In this document: positions 12,240 through 21,335 of the stretch, one piece after another
Layout: each line of letters opens with the position of its first letter
Numbering within the stretch: position 1 is the first letter of the stretch
Assembly: GCA_050246315.1 (NCBI GenBank)
Contig: JBFWWG010000011.1
Span: 32,001-96,000, forward strand
DNA length: 64,000 bases
Reading direction: 5' to 3'
Source: Nitrospiraceae bacterium
GTDB taxonomy: Bacteria > Nitrospirota > Nitrospiria > Nitrospirales > Nitrospiraceae
The notes under the pieces: model-generated
The model's input: the letters and a program-made list of their open reading frames with translations, nothing else
Database searches by the model: none
Told to the model about the DNA's origin: nothing
Program-made: the position numbers and the translations under genes

Positions 12240-12661
12240 TGGAATTGAGTACGGCACTTCCATCGACACGCAGGACGTTGACGTCGGGCGGCCCAAGACT
12301 GGGCACAAAGGTCTTCTATAAAATCGGCGAGGTCAGCGAGATCGCGAAATTACCCGCATATGTGTTACGGTTCTGGGAGTCGGAGTTCACTTTTCTCAAG
12401 CCGAAGAAAAGCCGCGGGAATCAACGGTTGTATGAGCAACGAGATATTGAAACCATCCTCGAGATCAAGCGGATGTTGTACGAGGAAGGCCATACGATCG
12501 CCGGCGTCAATCGGTATTGGTCTCGGAGAGGACGACAAACCCCGGGCAAGCGGACGCCACGGGAAATCGCCACTCGATTAAAAGGCGATCTGCACGCCAT
12601 CCTGCGATTGTTGGAGGCTCATTCCAAATCGGACGGAGGTCAGTCGGGAGCTTCCCGATGA
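12239..12661 (+). CDS. MerR-family HTH transcriptional regulator
   Basis: [16 protein letters not shown] and GNQRLY motifs. Confidence 0.9.
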   Translation: MELSTALPSTRRTLTSGGPRLGTKVFYKIGEVSEIAKLPAYVLRFWESEFTFLKPKKSRGNQRLYEQRDIETILEIKRMLYEEGHTIAGVNRYWSRRGRQTPGKRTPREIATRLKGDLHAILRLLEAHSKSDGGQSGASR

Positions 12662-12702
12662 AGTTGTGAGGGTGGAGCGGTACGATCATTGGTACATAGG
12701 GT

Positions 12703-12779
12703 CGGGGCGTAGCGCAGCCCGGTAGCGCACTCGCTTGGGGTGCGAGGGGTCGTGGGTTCAAATCCCGCCGCCCCGACCA
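12703..12779 (+). tRNA. tRNA-Pro (GGG)
   Basis: CGGGGCG acceptor stem, anticodon arm CTCGC-TTGGGGT-GCGAG, GGTTCAAATCC T-arm and encoded CCA. Confidence 0.97.
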
Positions 12780-12818
12780 TTTTCTTGATCGGGAAGAGCA
12801 GAGGCAGGGCTGTCGAGG

Positions 12819-12842
12819 AAGCTGCCGCAGGCAGCTTTTTTT
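12819..12842 (+). terminator. Intrinsic terminator after tRNA-Pro
   Basis: AAGCTGCC-GCA-GGCAGCTT hairpin running into a T tract. Confidence 0.7.
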
Positions 12843-12866
12843 GTGCCTACGTCGGATGGACGGCGT

Positions 12867-13676
12867 ATGATAACGGTCTTGGTCACGAACGATGATGGGA
12901 TCGGATCAGCGGGGATCCACACGCTGGCTCGCAGACTCGCGCGTCTCGGCACTGTTTGGGTCATCGCCCCAGATCGAGAGCGCACTGCCGTGGGGCATGC
13001 GTTGACTCTGCACAAACCGCTTCGGTTGACGCCGGTCAAGCCCCGCTGGTTTGCGGTGAATGGAACGCCCACCGATTGTGTGAATCTCGCCGTAAAGCAC
13101 CTCCTGCCTCGTGCACCCGCGCTGGTCGTCTCGGGCGTGAATCGCGGCGTGAACCTGGGAGACGATGTCACCTATTCCGGAACGGTCTCGGCAGCATTGG
13201 AAGGGGCGATTCTGGGCATTCCGTCGATCGCGGTGTCTCAGGACGGACGCGATCGGTTTTTCTTTGATGCGGCGGCCGACTATGCGCTCGTCGTGGCTAG
13301 GGCGGTGTTGCGGTACGGCCTACCGCCGGGTACGTTACTGAACGTCAACGTTCCGAATCTTCCGCGGACGAGGATCAAGGGCATCTGCGTGACCAGGCTG
13401 AGCCGCCGGCGGTTCGAGAATCCGATTATTGAGAAAACGGACCCGCGCGGGAAGAAGTATTATTGGATTGCGGGAACACGGATCACCTGGAGCCGACAGC
13501 AGGATTCGGATTATACGGCGCTCCGCCGCAGGCTGGTCTCCGTGACGCCGCTGCACCTGGATATGACGCACGAGGCGGCGCTCGAAGAGTTGCGGCGGTG
13601 GAGCCCCTTTTGCCGCTTGGGATCCTCGCTTGGATCGATGGCGGTCCGCGGCCGGACGCGCGTGAGGAGACGATGA
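12867..13676 (+). CDS. surE: 5'/3'-nucleotidase SurE
   Basis: [30 protein letters not shown] and NVNVP motifs. Confidence 0.96.
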   Translation: MITVLVTNDDGIGSAGIHTLARRLARLGTVWVIAPDRERTAVGHALTLHKPLRLTPVKPRWFAVNGTPTDCVNLAVKHLLPRAPALVVSGVNRGVNLGDDVTYSGTVSAALEGAILGIPSIAVSQDGRDRFFFDAAADYALVVARAVLRYGLPPGTLLNVNVPNLPRTRIKGICVTRLSRRRFENPIIEKTDPRGKKYYWIAGTRITWSRQQDSDYTALRRRLVSVTPLHLDMTHEAALEELRRWSPFCRLGSSLGSMAVRGRTRVRRR

Positions 13677-14329
13677 TCGGACAACTGATTGAAGCGGTGA
13701 TTGCGGAGTTGAGTCGCTTCATTATTGCGACAATCTCCGCGTTGGGATATGCCGGCATCGTCGTGACGATGGCGATCGAAAGTGCCTGCATCCCCCTGCC
13801 CAGCGAGATTATCATGCCGTTCGCCGGGTATCTGGTGCTGGACGGCCGGTTTTCGCTCTGGGGTGTGACACTGGCCGGGACGATCGGGAACGTGATCGGC
13901 TCGGCGCTGGCCTACTATGTCGGCTTGCTCGGTGGGCGCCCCATTGTGGAACGGTATGGTCGATATGCCTTGATTCGAGCGCAAGACCTCGATCAGGCGG
14001 ACCGGTGGTTTGCCAAGTACGGGGAGGCGGCGGTGCTGATCAGCCGGATGCTGCCGGTGATCAGGACGTTTATCTCTCTGCCCGCGGGGATCGCACGAAT
14101 GCCATTTTGGCGTTTCGCGGTGTTCACGTTCATCGGGGCGCTGCCCTGGTGTCTCCTGTTGGCGTACATCGGAATTGCGATGGGCGAGCACTGGGCGGAC
14201 CTGCGCGCGCATTTTCATTACCTCGACGTTGTCATCGGCGTCTGTTTGGCGATTGCCGCCGGATATTTTCTCTGGTCCCACTGGCCCACCCGTGGGCAAA
14301 ATGCGGGCGCAAACCCGCCGTCATGCTGA
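13673..14329 (+). CDS. DedA-family membrane protein
   Basis: ESACIPLPSE and RMLPVIRTFISLPAG motifs; ATGA overlap with surE. Confidence 0.93.
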   Translation: MIGQLIEAVIAELSRFIIATISALGYAGIVVTMAIESACIPLPSEIIMPFAGYLVLDGRFSLWGVTLAGTIGNVIGSALAYYVGLLGGRPIVERYGRYALIRAQDLDQADRWFAKYGEAAVLISRMLPVIRTFISLPAGIARMPFWRFAVFTFIGALPWCLLLAYIGIAMGEHWADLRAHFHYLDVVIGVCLAIAAGYFLWSHWPTRGQNAGANPPSC

Positions 14330-15792
14330 AGCTCTACAATACGCTAAGAGGTCGGAAAGAAGTCTTTGAACCCCTTGTTTCGGGGATCGTGCGGCTATAC
14401 GTCTGCGGCGTGACGGTCTACGACTACTGCCATGTGGGCCACGCGCGCAGCGCCCTGGTGTTCGATGTGTTGAGGCGATACTTGGAGTACACGGGCCTGT
14501 CGGTCGAGTTCGTCAAAAACTTTACCGACGTGGACGACAAGATCATCAAACGGGCGAATGAACAGGGAGTGAGTTGCGACGCCGTGACGGCCAAGTATAT
14601 TGCGGCCTATTATGAGGATATGAGACGCCTCGGAATTCGACGGGCGTGGAGAGAGCCGAAAGCGACAGAGCACATGGCCGATATCATTGCCTTGGTCGAG
14701 ACGCTGGTGGCGAAAGGCCTCGCCTACCGGGTGAATGGAGATGTGTATTTCTCGGTGGAACGCTATCCGGACTATGGCCGACTGTCCAAACGAAAGCTCG
14801 CCGATCTACAGGCCGGCGCCCGTGTCGAGGTTGACGAGCGAAAACGCCATCCGATGGACTTTGCCTTGTGGAAAAGCAGCAAGCCCAGGGAGCCGTGGTG
14901 GGAGAGTCCGTGGGGGCCCGGGCGCCCCGGATGGCACATCGAGTGTTCCGCCATGTCGATGAAACATTTGGGAGCTACGTTCGATATTCACGGAGGAGGG
15001 ATGGATCTCATCTTTCCGCACCATGAAAACGAAATGGCCCAATCGAGCGGATCGACAGGGCAGGAATTCGCTCGCTACTGGGTCCATAATGGGTTTGTGC
15101 AGATCAACCAGGAAAAGATGTCCAAGTCGCTGGGCAACTTCTTCACGATCCGAGAGATTTTTGAGAAGTTCGAATGGCCAGAAGAGATGACGGGGGAGAT
15201 ATTGCGCTATTTCCTACTGGCGACCCATTATCGCAGCCCTCTGGATTTTTCCGACCAGGGGTTGGCCGAAGCCAAACATGCCTTAGATGGATTTTATGAT
15301 TTGTTTCATCGGTTGGACGAGGTGGATGGGAGAAAGGGACCAGGCGACACGTCGCTGCGTACCGTATTGGAGCAGACCCGCGTTGGTTTCTCCCGTGCGA
15401 TGGACGATGACCTCAACACGCCCATGGCGCTGGCCGAGATGCAGAAACTCCGCAACGATGTGAACAAGCTGGTGGCTGAGGGCCTCTCGGTTGAGGACCG
15501 GCAGGCGGCGCGGCTGGAATTTAGGCGGCTCGGCGATGTCCTAGGTTTGTTTCAACTGGACCGGTGGCAGTTCAAGCCTCAACTCAAGGTCAATGTCGGC
15601 GAGAGCTTGACCGAGACCGACGTTTCGTCTGCTTTACTCGCCGACCGCGAGGTCCAGCAGCGGATCGATGATCGAAATGAGGCCAGGCGCCGCAGGGATT
15701 TCAAGAAGGCCGATGAGATCAGACGACAGCTCGCCGCACAGGGCATTACGATCGAGGACCGGCCCGATGGCACAAGCCGCTGGAAGCGCTGA
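14323..15792 (+). CDS. cysS: Cysteine--tRNA ligase
   Basis: CGVTVYD, HVGH, GRPGWHIECS, FPHHENE and KMSKS motifs. Confidence 0.97.
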   Translation: MLKLYNTLRGRKEVFEPLVSGIVRLYVCGVTVYDYCHVGHARSALVFDVLRRYLEYTGLSVEFVKNFTDVDDKIIKRANEQGVSCDAVTAKYIAAYYEDMRRLGIRRAWREPKATEHMADIIALVETLVAKGLAYRVNGDVYFSVERYPDYGRLSKRKLADLQAGARVEVDERKRHPMDFALWKSSKPREPWWESPWGPGRPGWHIECSAMSMKHLGATFDIHGGGMDLIFPHHENEMAQSSGSTGQEFARYWVHNGFVQINQEKMSKSLGNFFTIREIFEKFEWPEEMTGEILRYFLLATHYRSPLDFSDQGLAEAKHALDGFYDLFHRLDEVDGRKGPGDTSLRTVLEQTRVGFSRAMDDDLNTPMALAEMQKLRNDVNKLVAEGLSVEDRQAARLEFRRLGDVLGLFQLDRWQFKPQLKVNVGESLTETDVSSALLADREVQQRIDDRNEARRRRDFKKADEIRRQLAAQGITIEDRPDGTSRWKR

Positions 15793-16543
15793 CCGGCCCG
15801 ATGTCATTTTTGGCCTCCATGCTGTGAAGGAGGCGCTTCGCGCCGGCCGCCCGCTTATTCGTCTTCAAGTCATCAGTTTGCACGGCCAGTTCCAGGAACT
15901 GGTTCATATCGCGCGTATACGACACATTCCGGTTCATGTCGAACCGAAGGCGGCGTTGGATCGATTGGCGGTCGGCGGCCGCCACCAAGGGGTCGTGGCC
16001 TCTGTTGCCGCCAGGGCTTATGCGGAACCTGGTGATCTCCTCGCCGTCGCCGAGGTACGGCGGGAACCGGCATTCATCGTGGTGCTCGACGGCATTCAGG
16101 ACCCGCAGAATTTCGGCGCCATCCTGCGAAGCGCCGAGGCGGCGGGAGTGCACGGGGTCGTCATTCCGGATCGGCGGGCGGTCGGGGTTACGGGAGCTGT
16201 GGAGAAGGCGTCAGCAGGTGCGGTTGAGCACCTCAAGGTCGCACACGCGACGAACATCAGCCGCCTGCTCACGGGCTTCAAGGAAGTGGGGCTCTGGGTC
16301 TACGGATTGGATCGCTCCGGCGACAGGAACTATACCGAGCCGGACTATCGTGGGCCGGTAGCGCTGGTGATCGGTGGAGAAGGAATCGGTATCCGCAAGC
16401 ACGTGCTCGAGCACTGCGACGAACGGGTGCGAATTCCGATGCTGGGTCGGGTCAACTCGTTGAACGCCTCCGCAGCCGCGGCGTTGGCCTGCTTCGAGGT
16501 CGTACGGCAACGAATGGCGGGCCACCTCTCCGATGGAGCCTAA
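15767..16543 (+). CDS. rlmB: 23S rRNA Gm2251 methyltransferase (SPOUT)
   Basis: HQGVVA, DPQNFGAILRS, GGEGIG, IPMLG and SLNAS motifs; follows cysS. Confidence 0.92.
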   Translation: MAQAAGSADRPDVIFGLHAVKEALRAGRPLIRLQVISLHGQFQELVHIARIRHIPVHVEPKAALDRLAVGGRHQGVVASVAARAYAEPGDLLAVAEVRREPAFIVVLDGIQDPQNFGAILRSAEAAGVHGVVIPDRRAVGVTGAVEKASAGAVEHLKVAHATNISRLLTGFKEVGLWVYGLDRSGDRNYTEPDYRGPVALVIGGEGIGIRKHVLEHCDERVRIPMLGRVNSLNASAAAALACFEVVRQRMAGHLSDGA

Positions 16544-16821
16544 CGCACTTTGATCATCCCGTCTTGGATCGCGGCCTTGATAAGTTGGGCCGTGTTGGAG
16601 ACACGAATCTTCTTCATCATGTTCGCCCGGTGGGCTTCAACCGTCTTGACGCTGATGCGCAGCCGCTGCGCGATCTCTTTGTTCTTAAAGCCGGACCAAA
16701 TGAGTTGAAGGATTTCCATTTCCCGGCTGGTCAACGCTTCCGGCCTCTTTTTCCGCGGGGGTAAACTCACGGCGCTGGTGATGCGTTTGGGTTTGGATCT
16801 GCCGCTCGCAGATTGGGCCAT
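16540..16821 (-). CDS. Stand-alone LuxR/NarL-type HTH protein
   Basis: LTSREMEIL...NKEIAQRLRISVKTVEAHRANMMKK; no receiver domain. Confidence 0.9.
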   Translation of the reverse strand: MAQSASGRSKPKRITSAVSLPPRKKRPEALTSREMEILQLIWSGFKNKEIAQRLRISVKTVEAHRANMMKKIRVSNTAQLIKAAIQDGMIKVR

Positions 16822-16987
16822 AATCAGGTCTCCTTAAGAATGGTCCTGTGGGTGTTAGGTCTGTAGGGCAAACGATGACAGAATGGAAGTATTTCAGATT
16901 CTGGCGATGAATTTCAATCCCTTGGATACAATAATTGATGGATGAACGGAAAGTGGCGATTCGATGGATCCATAGTGGGATAGAACG

Positions 16988-17764
16988 ATGGCCCCGCTAC
17001 TAATAGTAGTCTTTGTCCTCGGACTGTTGGTCGGCAGTTTTCTCAATGTGTGTATTTACCGATTGCCCCGTCATGAATCGATTATCTGGCCCGCTTCGCA
17101 CTGTCCGGCCTGCTCACAGCCAATCGCGGCCTATGACAACATCCCGATTCTGGGATTCCTCTGGCTGGGTGGACGATGCCGCCGATGCCGGCATCGGATC
17201 TCTTGGCAGTATCCGATGGTGGAATTGGCCAACGGCCTCGGGTACCTGATCATCGTTTGGCAATTCGGTTGGACGCCGGTCGCAGCCGTCTATGCGGCCC
17301 TTTTCTCCTCGCTGATCGTCGTGACCGGCACCGATCTCTCACACACCATCATCCCTGACGCGGTTACTTTGCCCGGGATCCTGATCGGACTGGTCAGCGC
17401 CGCCAGCGTGTTACCCGTCGGCTTGATCAATAGTCTGCTCGGAGTCTTGGTAGGCGGGGGAGTGTTGTGGATGCTTGCCTGGGTTAGTCCCTATCTGTTC
17501 GGCAAGGAAGGGATGGGGGGAGGGGATATCAAGCTGCTGGCCATGGTCGGCGCTTTTTTGGGCTGGCGTCCGGTGTTGCTGACAATGATGATTGGGGCAT
17601 TGGCTGGGTCTGTTGTCGGGCTCAGCCTCATTGGCCTCAAGGTCCTCGCACGAGATCAATATATTCCGTTCGGACCATTTCTGGCTCTCGGAGCTCTTGT
17701 CTCGCTCTTCTTCCATGAACAGCTCTTCGACTGGTATTGGGGGTTGCTCGGTCCCTTACCATGA
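16988..17764 (+). CDS. pilD: Prepilin peptidase/N-methyltransferase
   Basis: GSFLNVCIYRLP, two CxxC pairs, GMGGGDIKL and PFGPFL motifs. Confidence 0.95.
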   Translation: MAPLLIVVFVLGLLVGSFLNVCIYRLPRHESIIWPASHCPACSQPIAAYDNIPILGFLWLGGRCRRCRHRISWQYPMVELANGLGYLIIVWQFGWTPVAAVYAALFSSLIVVTGTDLSHTIIPDAVTLPGILIGLVSAASVLPVGLINSLLGVLVGGGVLWMLAWVSPYLFGKEGMGGGDIKLLAMVGAFLGWRPVLLTMMIGALAGSVVGLSLIGLKVLARDQYIPFGPFLALGALVSLFFHEQLFDWYWGLLGPLP

Positions 17765-18053
17765 TCCCCCTCCTTTCGAGTAGCTGTATCTGTTTGTCTC
17801 AGCACTGTATCCATTCTGCTCTCCCTTTCGTCATCGCGCCTTGCGATAGGCGCCCTGATCCTCCGTTGATATGTGCGGACCGGCCTTCGGCTTGACGGCA
17901 TTTCAGCGCATTTCACCACACTTAGGTAGCCAATCCGTCGAGACGTCAATCGGGAACCTCGATGCCGCTGCTTAGGCACGGCTCTTGGAATACCTGCGAG
18001 CCGGCTTCCAGAGCCGATTTGACGGGTTCGAGATTCAAGAGGGAGGAGAGGCG

Positions 18054-18488
18054 ATGAATCAGAATGGATACAGCCTGCTGGAACTGATCATGGTGATGAC
18101 CGTGACGGCTGTATCCGTTGCGTTGGCTGTTCCCGATGTGGCCGCCATGGTGGCGCGATATCGGGAACAGGCGGTGGTCACCGAGCTGGCAGGAGAACTT
18201 CGGACGGCGCGACTCATGGCTATGACCCAAGCCAGCCGCATCCGTGCCGTGATTAGTGGCGACGGAGGATCGATGAGCCTGGAGCGAGAGGGTGAACCGC
18301 TCGTTCCGATGAGGCGATTCGATCTACGAGATCGCGGAGTGTCGATTGATGGAGCCACCCAGGGCGTCGTGGTGTGGTTTCATCCAAGCGGGCGTACCGC
18401 CAGTGCCGTCACGCTCACGATTCGTGGAGATTCAGGAAGGGTGTGGCGGTTGACGGTGTCGATGAGGGGGAGGATCACGGTCCAATGA
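18054..18488 (+). CDS. FimT/GspH-like minor pilin (set 1)
   Basis: Class III signal QNG|YSLLELIMV, ARLMAM helix and WFHPSG. Confidence 0.85.
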   Translation: MNQNGYSLLELIMVMTVTAVSVALAVPDVAAMVARYREQAVVTELAGELRTARLMAMTQASRIRAVISGDGGSMSLEREGEPLVPMRRFDLRDRGVSIDGATQGVVVWFHPSGRTASAVTLTIRGDSGRVWRLTVSMRGRITVQ

Positions 18489-19009
18489 GATCGAAGGGAG
18501 CCTTTGCAGGAGATAGACAGAGGCGATGGTCTCGGTGCGCGGAGGAAGGCATCAGCTTGGTCGAAGTGATGGTCGCGATGATGATTCTGACGATGGCGAT
18601 GATGGGAAGCCTTAGCCTGTTCGAGTGGGCGGAGGGCGGAATGCGTCAGGGAGAAACAGCCATGCGGGCGTTGGCCTTGGCAGAGTCGAAACTGGAAAGA
18701 AAGCGGGTGGTTCCTTGGGAGCGATTGTTGGCAGAGGACCTGGATGCCGATGGGCAGTACGAAACGTCGATGCGGGATGACGGCCTGAACGGAGATGTAA
18801 CCGCCGGCGACGGAGTCTACACCGTGCGAGCCCTTCATGGCCCTGTCGAACTGATATGGACGGTGCAACCGGCGCAACCGAGGAATCCCTCAGCGAGCGC
18901 GTACGTCGTGATTCTAGTGACGGCACGGTATCGGATCATGCGAGATCGATGGCGCGAGATTGAAGTGGGGACCGTTCGATCCAATCCCCGCTATGTCGGT
19001 GCATCCTAA
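18485..19009 (+). CDS. PilV-like minor pilin (set 1)
   Basis: EEG|ISLVEVMVAMMIL; ATGA-coupled to the upstream gene. Confidence 0.82.
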   Translation: MRSKGAFAGDRQRRWSRCAEEGISLVEVMVAMMILTMAMMGSLSLFEWAEGGMRQGETAMRALALAESKLERKRVVPWERLLAEDLDADGQYETSMRDDGLNGDVTAGDGVYTVRALHGPVELIWTVQPAQPRNPSASAYVVILVTARYRIMRDRWREIEVGTVRSNPRYVGAS

Positions 19010-19032
19010 AGTCCTTTTGAGCATGGAGCGTC

Positions 19033-19779
19033 ATGACACAGCCAATGAACCCCCTTCAGAACCACGACGGAGCATCCTTGATCGAGCTGCTAATCGCAGT
19101 GACGACGGGACTTGTCGTGATGTCGGCTGTCTTCGAAACTCTGAGTGTCTTGGATCGACGCTTTCGATCTCAACAAACCGCTATGGCTGCGACCCAGAAT
19201 ATCCGATCAGGGCTTGAGGTCTGGGAGAGCGAAGTGCGGATGGCCAAAGGAACCGGCCAATTGGGAGGACCGGCCCTTCAGGCCATGGACCCAGCCTCAT
19301 TCGAATTCACCGCCAATCTCAACGGACTGGCGTCTAGCCTGGGGTCCGCAGCCCTGCCAGGGCAAACCGAGCTGAGCGTGGAGGATGCCCGTGACTGGCC
19401 CTCTGGCAAACACGTCGTACTTTGCGCGCATACACGATGTACAGACAATCGGTTGGCTCGTGACGGGCAGCGCAATCGTATCGTCCTAGCCCAACCGCTG
19501 ACGGAAGCCTTCCCCGCTGGAACTGAGATCAGCGTTCTGAACCGTGTGCGATATTATGTCTCGCCAGACCAGGCCGGAAGCGTGCGGTTGATGCGCATGG
19601 TGGATGGCGGGGCCAATGCGCTGATCGGCAATCTGAAGGCCGTACGGTTCTACTACTTGTCGTGCAGCGGAGCGCCGACGATTGATTCAGCATCGGTTGT
19701 GCTCGTCCGTATTGAAGCTGAATCTGCCGTCAGTCAGCTCAAGGTGACCAAAGACATTGCGATCCGATCTCAACTATGA
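19033..19779 (+). CDS. PilW-like minor pilin (set 1)
   Basis: HDG|ASLIELLIAV, QNIRSGLE...EVRMA and VRYYV...LMR. Confidence 0.82.
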   Translation: MTQPMNPLQNHDGASLIELLIAVTTGLVVMSAVFETLSVLDRRFRSQQTAMAATQNIRSGLEVWESEVRMAKGTGQLGGPALQAMDPASFEFTANLNGLASSLGSAALPGQTELSVEDARDWPSGKHVVLCAHTRCTDNRLARDGQRNRIVLAQPLTEAFPAGTEISVLNRVRYYVSPDQAGSVRLMRMVDGGANALIGNLKAVRFYYLSCSGAPTIDSASVVLVRIEAESAVSQLKVTKDIAIRSQL

Positions 19780-19806
19780 CATCGCCTCGAAAGGAGCACC
19801 AGTAAC

Positions 19807-21282
19807 ATGCGGACAGAGACACGACCGGATGGGACTCATCGAAGTAGTGAGCAAGGGATGGCCATGGTGACGTCCCTCTTTCTCGTGTTGGCGTTGGCCC
19901 TGCTGGGGTTGACGTCCGTGCACCTGGTCGGTCAGGAGTTGCAGGCCTCCTCAGCTGTGCGGGATCAGGCGGCATTGCTCCATCTTGCCGAAGCGGGGGC
20001 GGACTTGATCGTGGCGCGGATTCATGCGTCGGGAGGAACTGGGCCAGATCCTGTGTCAGGGGCTCTCGCCAGACGGAATACGACGCCAGCGCGCGGTCCC
20101 TCGTATTTTGATGCTCTAGGACGGTCCCAATTCATAGGGACGGCCGACCACCCTGATCTGCTTCTCGACGCCGCTGATCCACAGCACGATGCGTGGTTGA
20201 ACGATGCTGCTTTTGGAAGAGATCCTTCACTGCGGTCGCTTGGCCGAATCCTTCGTCTTAAACTGTATGGTCCGCTCCGGCCAGGTTTGGTCTGTACCGT
20301 CGAGGTGACTGCGGCGAAGTCTCGCGAGCGTCCCGTGCCGAGTAGTACCGTGCAGATTCAGCTCGGCGCGGTAGAAATTCCACCCCTCCGAGCGGGCGCT
20401 CAGGTGGCAGAGATTGCCTCGAGTTCCAATCCACAATTGCCGCTGCTGGTCCACTGGGGTGATCTCAATGTTCGAGGGGCCGCGTGGATCGGATCAATCG
20501 ATGAGATTCCTCAGAAGACGATTCTCGCTCCGCTCTCGGGACAATCCTATGCTGAGATGAGAACACCTGAGGATCGCTGGCATGAGATGAAAATCGGGGG
20601 CACCCTGCTGTCCGCTCGTCCCTCGGTTCGCGGTGCCACGCTGCCGGCGAATGTCTATCAACGACAGGAGCCGATCCCTGGGATCGCAATCGATCAGTGG
20701 GGCTATGAGGAGCTTAAGCAGGTCGCGAAGACTTTCGGCGTCTATTATGGGGTGGATCGTGAAGGACTCCTCTATCCAGGAGGGGCGATCGAATCGGGGC
20801 AGGGCTTAACGATCGATCAGGTCATGGGCTCAGACTTTGTCGGAGATCATAAGGGACTGGTGTTTGTAGACACCTTGGATCAACAAGCTCCTCGGACCGA
20901 CAACCTCCCGACTTTCATTGCGACCACGCCCTACGCGGAAGGCATATTCATTATTCATGGACATCTTCAGGTGAAACCGACGGGATCGGGGAAGTCAATA
21001 CCAGCGTTGTCTCCCCCTGCAGCGGGACAAGCGGCCCTCGTGACTCGCGCTCCTGCGCAGCTTGGAGGAATCAACCTAAATGGCGTGCTCTACACGACGG
21101 GAAATCTGCTTGTCCAAGCGAGTGCGAAGATATACGGAGCTGTGGTTGTTCAAGGGACGGTGAAAGCCGATGAATCCCCAGGCAACACGTTGGAGGTATG
21201 GTACAACCACGAATTGCGACAGGGATTTTATCGGGGGATACCTGTCCTTCATGCGGCGCCCGGCACATGGAAGACCCTCTGA
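19807..21282 (+). CDS. PilX-like minor pilin with large C-terminal domain (set 1)
   Basis: EQG|MAMVTSLFLV (no Glu5, as in PilX/GspK) and LAEAG; C-terminal beta-rich Gly repeats. Confidence 0.75.
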   Translation: MRTETRPDGTHRSSEQGMAMVTSLFLVLALALLGLTSVHLVGQELQASSAVRDQAALLHLAEAGADLIVARIHASGGTGPDPVSGALARRNTTPARGPSYFDALGRSQFIGTADHPDLLLDAADPQHDAWLNDAAFGRDPSLRSLGRILRLKLYGPLRPGLVCTVEVTAAKSRERPVPSSTVQIQLGAVEIPPLRAGAQVAEIASSSNPQLPLLVHWGDLNVRGAAWIGSIDEIPQKTILAPLSGQSYAEMRTPEDRWHEMKIGGTLLSARPSVRGATLPANVYQRQEPIPGIAIDQWGYEELKQVAKTFGVYYGVDREGLLYPGGAIESGQGLTIDQVMGSDFVGDHKGLVFVDTLDQQAPRTDNLPTFIATTPYAEGIFIIHGHLQVKPTGSGKSIPALSPPAAGQAALVTRAPAQLGGINLNGVLYTTGNLLVQASAKIYGAVVVQGTVKADESPGNTLEVWYNHELRQGFYRGIPVLHAAPGTWKTL

Positions 21283-21335
21283 CGTGAGAAAGAGATGCGA
21301 TTGCAACTACCCTTGATGGCCATGATGGGAGCGGC

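Noticed and set aside
12703..12866. tRNA-Pro as an island integration site
   Set aside because: Followed directly by a terminator and surE; no integrase or duplicated tRNA 3' end was noticed.
14005..14322. Apparent N-terminal extension of CysS (likewise for dedA, rlmB, ftsY, pilV, pilY1 and the MidA-like gene)
   Set aside because: Longest-ORF artefacts overlapping upstream genes; family homology begins at later starts.
16860..16900. c-di-GMP-I riboswitch near pilD (GGGCAAAC)
   Set aside because: The following GNRA hairpin and GCAAAGC element are absent.
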